The position numbers were made by a program, and so were the translations under genes. Source: Eledone cirrhosa (taxonomy: Eukaryota). Taken from it: a stretch of DNA of 64,000 nt. This document shows positions 24,101-35,200 of the stretch, one piece after another. The first letter of the stretch is position 1. Each line of letters opens with the position of its first letter. The stretch is from assembly GCA_964016885.1 (NCBI GenBank), contig OZ024743.1:51026001-51090000 (forward strand), in the 5' to 3' direction. The notes beneath the pieces are model-generated. The model did no database searches and was not told the origin of the DNA. It saw only the letters and a list, made by a program, of their open reading frames with translations.

Positions 24101-27100
24101 GGTGTCTGTGGTAGTCTTTGGGGTGTCTGTGGTAGTCTTTGGGGTGTCTGTGGTAGTGTTTGGGGTGTCTGTGGTCGTGTTTGGGGTGGTTGTGGTAGTG
24201 TTTGGTGTGGTAGTGGTAGTGTTTGGGGTGTCTGTGGTAGTGTTTGGGGTGTCTGTGGTAGTGTTTAGGTTGGTTGTGGTAGAGTTTGGGGTGGTTGTGG
24301 TAGTGTTTGGGGTGGTAGTGGTAGTGTTTGGGGTGTCTGTGGTAGTGTTTAGGTTGGTTGTGGTAGAGTTTGGGGTGGTTGTGGTAGTGTTTGGGGTGGT
24401 TGTGGTTGTTTACGGTGGTTGTGGTAGTGTTTGGGGTGTCTGTATTAGTGTTTGGGGTGGTTGTGGTAGTGTTTGGGGTGTCTGTGGTAGTGTTTGGGGT
24501 GGTTGTGGTAGTATTTGGGGTGTCTGTGTTAGTGTTTCGGGTGTCTGTGGTAGTGTTTGGGGTGGTTGTGGTAGTGTTTGGGGTGGTTGTGGTAGTGTTT
24601 GGGGTTGTTGTGGTAGTGTTTGGGGTGGTTGTGGTAGTGTTTGGGGTGTCTGTGGTAGTGTTTGGGGTGGTTGTGGTACTGTTTGGGGTGGTTGTGGTAG
24701 TGTTAGGTGTGGTTGTGCTAGTGTTTGGGGTGGTTGTGGTACTGTTTGGGGTGGTTGTAGTGTTTTGGATGGTTGTGGTTGTGGTAGTGTTTGGGGAGGT
24801 TGTGGTAGTGTTTGGGCTGTATGTGGTAGTGTTTGGGGTGTCTGTGGTAGTGTTTGGGGTGGTTGTGGTAGTGTTTGGGGTGGTTGTGGTACTGTTTGGG
24901 GTGGTTGTGGTAGTGTTTGGGGTGGTTGTGGTAGTGTTTGGGGTTGTTGGGGTGGTTGTGGTAGTGTTTGGGGTGTCTGTGGTAGTGTTTGGGGGTGTCT
25001 GTGGTAGTGTTTGGGGTGTCTGTTGTGGTAGTGTTTGGGGTGTCTGTGGTAGTGTTTGGGGTGTCTGTGGTAGAGTTTGGGCTGTCTGTGTTAGTGTTTT
25101 GGGTGTCTGTGGTAGTGTTTGGGGTGTCTGTGGTAGTGTTTGGGGTGTCTGTGGTAGTGTTTGGGGTGGTTGTGGTAGAGTTTGGGGTGTCTGTGGTAGT
25201 GTTTGGGGTGGTTGTTGTAGTGTTTGGGGTGGTTGTTGTAGTGTTTGGGGTGGTTGTGGTAGTGTTTGAGGTGTCTGTGGTAGTGTTTGGGGTGGTTGTG
25301 GTAGTGTTTGGGGTGTCTGTGGTAGAGTTTGGGGTGTCTGTGGTAGTGTTTGGGGTGTCTGTGGTAGTGTTTGGGGTGACTGTGGTAGAGTTTGGGGTGT
25401 CTGTGGTAGTGTTTGGGGTGGTTGTTGTAGTGTTTGGGGTGGTTGTGGTAGTGTTTGGGGTGTCTGTGGTAGTCTTTGGGGGTGTCTGTGGTAGTGTTTG
25501 GGGTGGTTGTGGTAGTGTTTGGGGTGGTTGTGGTAGTGTTTGGGGTGTCTGTGGTAGAGTTTGGGGTGTCTGTGGTAGTGTTTGGGGTGTCTGTGGTAGT
25601 GTTTGGGGTGGTTGTTGTAGTGTTTGGGGTGGTTGTTGTAGTGTTTGGGGTGGTTGTGGTAGTGTTTGGGGGTGTCTGTGGTAGTGTTTGGGGGTGTCTG
25701 TGGTAGTGTTTGGGGTGTCTGTAGTAGTGTTTGGGGTGGTTGTGGTAATGTTTGGGGTAGGTGAGGTACTGTTTGGGCAGGTTGTGTAGTGTTTGGTGTG
25801 GTTGTGGTTGTATTTGAGGTGTGATTGTGGTAGTGTTTGGGGTGTCTCTGGTAGTGTTTGAGGAGGTTGTGGTAGTGTTTGGGGAGATTGTGGTAGTGTT
25901 TGGGGTGGTTGTGGTAGTATTTGGGGTGTGATTGTGGTAGTGTTTGGGGTGGTTGTGGTAGTGTTTAGGGTGTCTGGTAGTATTTGGGGTGTCTCTGGTA
26001 GTGTTTGGGGTGTCTGTGGTAGTGTTTGGGGTGGTTGTTGTAGTATTTGGGGTGTCTGTGGTAGTGTTTAGGGTGTCTGTGGTAGTGTTTGGGGTGTCTG
26101 GTAGTGTTTGGGGTGGTTGTGTTAGTGTTTGGGGTGTCTGGTAGTGTTTGGGGTGTCTGGTAGTGTTTGGGGTGTCTGGTGGTGTTTGGGGTGTCTGTGG
26201 TAGTGTTTGGGGTGGTTGTGGTAGTGTTTGGGGTGTCTGTGGTAGTGTTTGGAGTGGTTGTGGTAGTGTTTGGGGTGTCTGTGGTAGTGTTTGGAGTGGT
26301 TGTGGTAGTGTTTGGGGTGGTTGTTGTATTATTTGGGGTGTCTGTGGTAGTGTTTAGGGTGTCTGTGGTAGTGTTTGGGGTGGTTGTGGTAGTGTTTGGG
26401 GTGGTTGTGGTAGTGTTTGATGTGGTTGTGGTAGTGTTTGGGCTGTCTGTGGTAGTGTTTTGGGTGGTTATGTTAGTGTTTGGGGTGTCTGTGGTAGTGT
26501 TTGCGGTGGTTGTGGTAGTGTTTGGGGTGGTTGTGGTAGTGTTTGGGTGGTTGTGGTAGTGTTTGGAGTGGTTGTGGTAGTGTTTGGGGTTGTTGTGGTA
26601 GTGTTTGCGGTATCTGTGGTAGTGTTTGGGGTGTCTGTGGTAGTGTTTGGGGTGTCTGTGGTAGTGTTTGGGGTGGTTGTTGTAGTGTTTGGGGTGGTTG
26701 TTGTAGTGTTTGGGGTGGTTGTGGTAGTGTTTGGGGTGGTTGTGGTAGTGTTTGGGGTGTCTGTGGTAGTGTTTGGGGGTGTCTGTGGTAGTGGTTGGGG
26801 GTGTCTGTGGTAGTGTTTGGGGTGTCTGTAGTAGTGTTTGGGGTGGTTGTGGTAATGTTTGGGGTAGGTGAGGTACTGTTTGGGCAGGTTGTGTAGTGTT
26901 TGGTGTGGTTGTGGTTGTATTTGAGGTGTGATTGTGGTAGTGTTTGGGGTGTCTCTGGTAGTGTTTGGGGAGGTTGTGGTAGTGTTTGGGGAGATTGTGG
27001 TAGTGTTTGGGGTGGTTGTGGTAGTATTTGGGGTGTGATTGTGGTAGTGTTTGGGGTGGTTGTGGTAGTGTTTAGGGTGTCTGGTAGTATTTGGGGTGTC

Positions 27101-28783
27101 TCTGGTAGTGTTTGGGGTGTCTGTGGTAGTGTTTGGGGTGGTTGTTGTAGTATTTGGGGTGTCTGTGGTAGTGTTTAGGGTGTCTGTGGTAGTGTTTGGG
27201 GTGTCTGGTAGTGTTTGGGGTGGTTATGGTAGTATTTGGGGTGGTTGTGTTAGTGTTTGGGGTGTCTGGTAGTGTTTGGGGTGTCTGGTAGTGTTTGGGG
27301 TGTCTGGTGGTGTTTGGGGTGTCTGTGGTAGTGTTTGGGGTGGTTGTGGTAGTGTTTGGGGTGTCTGTGGTAGTGTTTGGAGTGGTTGTGGTAGTGTTTG
27401 GGGTGTCTGTGGTAGTGTTTGGAGTGGTTGTGGTAGTGTTTGGCTATCTGTGGTAGTGTTTGGGGTGGTTGTTGTATTATTTGGGGTGTCTGTGGTAGTG
27501 TTTGGGGTGGTTGTGGTAGTGTTTGGGGTGGTTGTGGTAGTGTTTGATGTGGTTGTGGTAGTGTTTGGGCTGTCTATGGTAGTGTTTTGGGTGGTTATGT
27601 TAGTGTTTGGGGTGTCTGTGGTAGTGTTTGCTGTGGTTGTGGTAGTGTTTGGGGTGGTTGTGGTAGTGTTTGGGTGGTTGTGGTAGTGTTTGGAGTGGTT
27701 GTGGTAGTGTTTGGGGTTGTTGTGGTAGTGTTTGCGGTATCTGTGGTAGTGTTTGGGGTGTCTGTGGTAGTGTTTGGGGTGTCTGTGGTAGTGTTTGGGG
27801 TGTCTGTGGTAGTGTTTGGGGTGGTTGTCGTAGTGTTTGGGGTATCTGTGGTATTGTTTGGGGTGTCTGTGGTAGTGTTTGGTGTGGTTGTGGTAGTGTT
27901 TGGGTTGTCTGTGGTAGTGTTTGGGTTGTCTGTGGTAGTGTTTGGGGTGGTTGTGTTAGTGTTTGGGGTGTCTGTGGTAGTTTTTGGGGTGGTTGTGGTG
28001 GTGTTTGTAGTGTCTGGTAGCGTTTGGGGTGTCTGTGGTAGTGTTTGGGGTGTCTGTGATAGTTTTTGGAGTGTCTGTGGTAGTGTTTGGGGTGGTTGTG
28101 GTAGTGTTTGGGGAGGTTGTGGTAGTGTTTGGGGTGTCTGTGGTAGAGTTTGGGGTGGTTGTGGTAGTGTTTAAGGTGGTTGTGGTAGAGTTTAAGGTGG
28201 TTGTGGTAGAGTTTAGGGTGTCTGTGGTAGTGTTTGGGCAGGTTGTGGTAGTGTTTGGGGTGGTTGTGGTAGTGTTTGGGGTGTCTGTGGTAGTGTTTGG
28301 GGTGTCTGTGGTAGTGTTTGGGGTGGTTGTGGTAGTGTTTGGAGTGGTTGGGGTGGTTGTGGTAGTGTTTGGGGTGGTTGTGGTAGTGTTTACGGTGGTT
28401 GTGGTAGTGTTTGGGGTGGTTGTGGTAGTGTTTGGAGTGTCTGGTAGTGTTTGCGGTGTCTGTGGTAGTGTTTGGTGTGTCTGTGGTAGTGTTTGGGGTG
28501 GCTGTGGTAGTGTTTGGAATATCTGTGGTAGTGTTTGGGGTGTCTGTGGTAGTGTTTGGAGTGTCTGTGGTAGTGTTTGGGGTGTCTGTGGTAGTGTTTG
28601 GGGAGGTTGTGGTAGTGTTTGAGGTGTCTGTGGTAGTGTTTGGGCTGGTTGTGGTAGTGTTTGGGGTGTCTGTGGTAGTGTTTGGGGTGGTTGTGGTAGT
28701 GTTTGGGGTGGTTGTGGTACTGTTTGGGGTGGTTGTGGTAGTATTTGGGACGGTTGTGGTAGTGTTTGGGGTGTCTGTGGTAG
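21135..28783. repeat. Higher-order duplication, copy 2 (matches 1-8340)
   Basis: Same landmarks as copy 1. Similarity ends about 30 bp after GGGACGG at ~28750, where this copy reads GTAGAGTTTCGG. Confidence 0.93.
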
Positions 28784-30959
28784 AGTTTCGGGTGGTTGTG
28801 GTAGTGTTTGGGGTGGTTGTGGTAGTGTTAACGGTGTCTGTGGTAGTGTTTGGGGTGGTTGTGGTAGTGTTTGGGGTGGTTGTGGTAGTATTTGGGGTGT
28901 GATTGTGGTAGTGTTTGGGGTGGTTGTGGTAGTGTTTAGGGTGTCTGGTAGTATTTGGGGTGTCTCTGGTAGTGTTTGGGGTGTCTGTGGTAGTGTTTGG
29001 GGTGGTTGTTGTAGTATTTGGGGTGTCTGTGGTAGTGTTTGGGGTGTCTGGTAGTGTTTGGGGTGGTTATGGTAGTATTTGGGGTGGTTGTGTTAGTGTT
29101 TGGGGTGTCTGGTAGTGTTTGGGGTGTCTGGTAGTGTTTGGGGTGTCTGGTGGTGTTTGGGGTGGTTGTGGTAGTGTTTGGGGTGTCTGTGGTAGTGTTT
29201 GGGGTGGTTGTGGTAGTGTTTGGGGTGTCTGTGGTAGTGTTTGGAGTGGTTGTGGTAGTGTTTGGGGTGTCTGTGGTAGTGTTTGGAGTGGTTGTGGTAG
29301 TGTTTGGCTATCTGTGGTAGTGTTTGGGGTGGTTGTTGTATTATTTGGGGTGTCTGTGGTAGTGTTTAGGGTGTCTGTGGTAGTGTTTGGGGTGGTTGTG
29401 GTAGTGTTTGGGGTGGTTGTGGTAGTGTTTGATGTGGTTGTGGTAGTGTTTGGGCTGTCTGTGGTAGTGTTTTGGGTGGTTATGTTAGTGTTTGGGGTGT
29501 CTGTGGTAGTGTTTGCGGTGGTTGTGGTAGTGTTTGGGGTGGTTGTGGTAGTGTTTGGGTGGTTGTGGTAGTGTTTGGAGTGGTTGTGGTAGTGTTTGGG
29601 GTTGTTGTGGTAGTGTTTGCGGTATCTGTGGTAGTGTTTGGGGTGTCTGTGGTAGTGTTTGGGGTGTCTGTGGTAGTGTTTGGGGTGTCTGTGGTAGTGT
29701 TTGGGGTGGTTGTGGTAGTGTTTGGGGTGTCTGTGGTAGTGTTTGGTGTGGTTGTGGTAGTGTTTGGGTTGTCTGTGGTAGTGTTTGGGTTGTCTGTGGT
29801 AGTGTTTGGGTTGTCTGTGGTAGTGTTTGGGGTGGTTGTGTTAGTGTTTGGGGTGTCTGTGGTAGTTTTTGGGGTGGTTGTGGTGGTGTTTGTAGTGTCT
29901 GGTAGCGTTTGGGGTGGTTGTGGTAGTGTTTGGGGTGTCTGTGGTAGTGTTTGGGGTGTCTGTGATAGTTTTTGGAGTGTCTGTGGTAGTGTTTGGGGTG
30001 GTTGTGGTAGTGTTTGGGGAGGTTGTGGTAGTGTTTGGGGTGTCTGTGGTAGAGTTTGGGGTGGTTGTGGTAGTGTTTAAGGTGGTTGTGGTAGAGTTTA
30101 AGGTGGTTGTGGTAGAGTTTAGGGTGTCTGTGGTAGTGTTTGGGCAGGTTGTGGTAGTGTTTGGGGTGGTTGTGGTAGTGTTTGGGGTGTCTGTGGTAGT
30201 GTTTGGGGTGGTTGTGGTAGTGTTTGGAGTGGTTGGGGTGGTTGTGGTAGTGTTTGGGGTGGTTGTGGTAGTGTTTGGGGTGGTTATGGTAGTGTTTGGA
30301 GTGTCTGGTAGTGTTTGCGGTGTCTGTGGTAGTGTTTGGTGTGTCTGTGGTAGTGTTTGGGGTGGCTGTGGTAGTGTTTGGAATATCTGTGGTAGTGTTT
30401 GGGGTGTCTGTGGTAGTGTTTGGAGTGTCTGTGGTAGTGTTTGGGGTGTCTGTGGTAGTGTTTGGGGAGGTTGTGGTAGTGTTTGAGGTGTCTGTGGTAG
30501 TGTTTGGGCTGGTTGTGGTAGTGTTTGGGGTGTCTGTGGTAGTGTTTGGGGTGGTTGTGGTACTGTTTGGGGTGGTTGTGGTAGTATTTGGGACGGTTGT
30601 GGTAGTGTTTGGGATGTCAGGTAGTGTTTGGGGTGTCTGTGGTAGAGTTTCGGCTGGTTGTGGTAGTGTTTGGGGTGTCTGTGGTAGTGTTTGGGGTGGT
30701 TGTGGTAGTGTTTGGGGTGGTTGTGGTACTGTTTGGGGTGGTTGTGGTAGTATTTGGGACGGTTGTGGTAGTGTTTGGGATGTCAGGTAGTGTTTGGGGT
30801 GTCTGTGGTAGAGTTTCGGGTGGTTGTGGTAGTGTTTGGGGTGGTTGTGGTAGTGTTTACGGTGTCTGTGGTAGTGTTTGGGGTGGTTGTGGTAGTGTTT
30901 GGGGTGGTTGTGGTAGTGTTTATGGTGGTTGTGGTAGTGTTTGGGGTGGTTGTGGTAGT

Positions 30960-32270
30960 GTTTAGGGTGTCTGTGGTAGTGTTTGGGGGTGTCTGTGGTA
31001 GTGTTTGGGGTGTCTGTTGTGGTAGTGTTTGGGGTGTCTGTGGTAGTGTTTGGGGTGTCTGTGGTAGTGTTTGGGGTGTCTGTGGTAGAGTTTGGGGTGT
31101 CTGTGGTAGTGTTTGGGGTGTCTGTGGTAGTGTTTGGGGTGTCTGTGGTAGTTGTTGGGCGGGTTGTGGTAGTGTTTGGGGTGTCTGTGGTAGAGTTTGG
31201 GGTGTCTGTGGTAGTGTTTGGGGTGTCTGTGGTAGTGTTTGGGGTGGTTGTGGTAGAGTTTGGGGTGTCTGTGGTAGTGTTTGGGGTGGTTGTTGTAGTG
31301 TTTGGGGTGGTTGTTGTAGTGTTTGGGGTGGTTGTGGTAGTGTTTGGGGTGGTTGTGGTAGTGTTTGGGGTGTCTGTGGTAGTGTTTGGGGGTGTCTGTG
31401 GTAGTGGTTGGGGGTGTCTCTGGTAGTGTTTGGGGTGTCTGTAGTAGTGTTTGGGGTGGTTGTGGTAATGTTTGGGGTAGGTGAGGTAGTGTTTGGGCAG
31501 GTTGTGTAGTGTTTGGTGTGGTTGTGGTAGTATTTGAGGTGTGATTGTGGTAGTGTTTGGGGTGTCTGTGGTAGTGTTTGGGGTGTCTGTGGTCGTGTTT
31601 GGGGAGGTTGTGGTAGTGTTTAGGGTGTCTGTGGTAGTGTTTGGGGGTGTCTGTGGTAGTGTTTGGGGTGTCTGTTGTGGTAGTGTTTGGGGTGTCTGTG
31701 GTAGTGTTTGGGGTGTCTGTGGTAGTGTTTGGGGTGTCTGTGGTAGAGTTTGGGGTGTCTGTGGTAGTGTTTGGGGTGTCTGTGGTAGTGTTTGGGGTGT
31801 CTGTGGTAGTTGTTGGGCGGGTTGTGGTAGTGTTTGGGGTGTCTGTGGTAGAGTTTGGGGTGTCTGTGGTAGTGTTTGGGGTGTCTGTGGTAGTGTTTGG
31901 GGTGGTTGTGGTAGAGTTTGGGGTGTCTGTGGTAGTGTTTGGGGTGGTTGTTGTAGTGTTTGGGGTGGTTGTTGTAGTGTTTGGGGTGGTTGTGGTAGTG
32001 TTTGGGGTGGTTGTGGTAGTGTTTGGGGTGTCTGTGGTAGTGTTTGGGGGTGTCTGTGGTAGTGGTTGGGGGTGTCTGTGGTAGTGTTTGGGGTGTCTGT
32101 AGTAGTGTTTGGGGTGGTTGTGGTAATGTTTGGGGTAGGTGAGGTAGTGTTTGGGCAGGTTGTGTAGTGTTTGGTGTGGTTGTGGTAGTATTTGAGGTGT
32201 GATTGTGGTAGTGTTTGGGGTGTCTGTGGTAGTGTTTGGGGTGTCTGTGGTCGTGTTTGGGGAGGTTGTG
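30960..32270. repeat. 658-bp tandem higher-order duplication
   Basis: Identical ORF translations at 30983/31641. The rare variant GTAGTTGTTGGGCGGG occurs at ~31148 and ~31806. Confidence 0.88.
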
Positions 32271-35200
32271 GTTGTGTTTGGGGTGTCTGATATAGTGTTT
32301 GGGGAGATTGTGGTAGTGTTTGGGGTGGTTGTGGTAGTATTTGGGGTGTGATTGTGGTAGTGTTTAGGGTGTCTGTGGTAGTGTTTGGGGTGGTTGTGGT
32401 AGTGTTTAGGGTGTCTGGTAGTATTTGGGGTGTCTCTGGTAGTGTTTGGGGTGTCTCTGGTAGTGTTTGGGGTGTCTGTGGTAGTGTTTGGGGTGGTTGT
32501 TGTAGTATTTGGGGTGTCTGTGGTAGTGTTTTGGGTGTCTGTGGTAGTGTTTGGGGTGTCTGGTAGTGTTTGGGGTGGTTATGGTAGTATTTGGGGTGGT
32601 TGTGTTAGTGTTTGGGGTGTCTGGTAGTGTTTGGGGTGTCTGGTGGTGTTTGGGGTGGTTGTGGTAGTGTTTGGGGTGTCTGTGGTAGTGTTTGGAGTGG
32701 TTGTGGTAGTGTTTGGGGTGTCTGTGGTAGTGTTTGGAGTGGTTGTGGTAGTGTTTGGAGTATCTGTGGTAGTGTTTGGGGTGGTTGTTGTATTATTTGG
32801 GGTGTCTGTGGTAGTGTTTAGGGTGTCTGTGGTAGTGTTTGGGTTGTTGTGGTAGTGTTTGGGGTGGTTGTGGTAGTGTTTGATGTGGTTGTGGTAGTGT
32901 TTGGGCTGTCTGTGGTAGTGTTTGCGGTGGTTGTGGTAGTGTTTGGGGTGGTTGTGGTAGTGTTTGGAGTGGTTGTGGTAGTGTTTGGGGTTGTTGTGGT
33001 AGTGTTTGCGGTATCTGTGGTAGTGTTTAGGGTGTCTGTGGTAGTGTTTGGGGTGTCTGTGGTAGTGTTTGGGGTGGTTGTGGTAGTGTTTGGGGTATCT
33101 GTGGTATTGTTTGGGGTGTCTGTGGTAGTGTTTGGGGTGTCTGTGGTAGTGTTTGGTGTGGTTGTGGTAGTGTTTGGGTTGTCTGTGGTAGTGTTTGGGT
33201 TGTCTGTGGTAGTGTTTGGGGTGGTTGTGTTAGTGTTTGGGGTGTCTGTGGTAGTTTTTGGGGTGGTTGTGGTGGTGTTTGTGGTGTCTGGTAGTGTTTG
33301 GAGTGTCTGGTTGTGTTTGGAGTGTCTGGTAGTGTTTGGGGTGGTTGTGGTAGTGTTTGGGGTGTCTGTGGTAGTGTTTGGGGTGTCTGTGGTAGTGTTT
33401 GGGGTGTCTGTGGTAGTTTTTGGAGTGTCTGTGGTAGTGTTTGGGGTGGTTGTGGTAGTGTTTGCGGAGGTTGTGGTAGTGTTTGGGGTGTCTGTGGTAG
33501 AGTTTGGGGTGGTTGTGGTAGTGTTCACGGTGGTTGTGGTAGAGTTTGGGGTGTCTGTGGTAGTGTTTGGGCAGGTTGTGGTAGTGTTTGGGGTGGTTGT
33601 GGTAGTGTTTGGGGTGGTTGTTGTAGTGTTTACGGTGATTGTGGTAGTATTTGAGGTGTCTGTGGTAGTGTTTGGGGTGGTTGTGGTAGTGTTTGGAGTG
33701 GTTGTGGTAGTGTTTGGGGTGGTTGTGGTAGTGTTTGGGGTGGTTGTGGTAGTGTTTACGGTGGTTGTGGTAGTGTTTGGGGTGGTTGTGGTAGTGTTTG
33801 GAGTGTCTGGTAGTGTTTGCGGTGTCTGTGGTAGTGTTTGGTGTGTCTGTGGTAGTGTTTGGGGTGGTTGTGTTTGTGTTTGGAGTGTCTGTGGTAGTGT
33901 TTGGAGTGTCTGTGGTAGTGTTTGGGGTGTCTGTGGTAGTGTTTGGAGTGTCTGTGGTAGTGTTTGGGGTGTCTGTGGTATGTTTGGGGTGGTTGTGGTA
34001 GTGTTTGGGGTGGTTGTGGTAGTGTTTGGGGTGTCTGGTAGTGTTTGGGGTGGTTATGGTATTATTTGGGGTGGTTGTGTTAGTGTTTGGGGTGTCTGGT
34101 AGTGTTTGGGGTGTCTGGTAGTGTCTGGGGTGTCTGTGGTAGTGTTTGGGGTGGTTGTGGTAGTGTTTGGGGTATCTGTGGTATTGTTTGGAGTGGTTGT
34201 GGTAGTGTTTGGGGTGGTTGGGTAGTGTTTGGGTTGTCTGTGGTAGTGTTTGGGTTGTCTGTGGTAGTGTTTGGGGTGGTTGTGTTAGTGTTTGGGGTGT
34301 CTGTGGTAGTTTTTGGGGTGGTTGTGGTGGTGTTTGTGGTGTCTGGTAGCGTTTGGGGTGGTTGTGGTAGTGTTTGGGGTGTCTGTGGTAGTGTTTGGGG
34401 TGTCTGTGATAGTTTTTGGAGTGTCTGTGGTAGTGTTTGGGGTGGTTGTGGTAGTGTTTGGGGAGGTTGTGGTAGTGTTTGGGGTGTCTGTGGTAGAGTT
34501 TGGGGTGGTTGTGGTAGTGTTTAAGGTGGTTGTGGTAGAGTTTAAGGTGGTTGTGGTAGAGTTTAGGGTGTCTGTGGTAGTGTTTGGGCAGGTTGTGGTA
34601 GTGTTTGGGGTGGTTGTGGTAGTGTTTGGGGTGTCTGTGGTAGTGTTTGGGGTGTCTGTGGTAGTGTTTGGGGTGGTTGTGGTAGTGTTTGGAGTGGTTG
34701 GGGTGGTTGTGGTAGTGTTTGGGGTGGTTGTGGTAGTGTTTACGGTGGTTGTGGTAGTGTTTGGGGTGGTTGTGGTAGTGTTTGGAGTGTCTGGTAGTGT
34801 TTGCGGTGTCTGTGGTAGTGTTTGGTGTGTCTGTGGTAGTGTTTGGGGTGGCTGTGGTAGTGTTTGTAATATCTGTGGTAGTGTTTGGGGTGTCTGTGGT
34901 AGTGTTTGGAGTGTCTGTGGTAGTGTTTTGGGAGGTTGTGGTAGTGTTTGAGGTGTCTGTGGTAGTGTTTGGGCTGGTTGTGGTAGTGTTTGGGGTGTCT
35001 GTGGTAGTGTTTGGGGTGGTTGTGGTAGTGTTTGGGGTGGTTGTGGTACTGTTTGGGGTGGTTGTGGTAGTATTTGGGACGGTTGTGGTAGTGTTTGGGG
35101 TGTCAGGTGGTGTTTGGGGTGTCTGTGGTAGAGTTTCGGGTGGTTGTGGTAGTGTTTGGGGTGTCTGGTAGTGTTTGGGATGTCAGGTAGTGTTTGGGGT

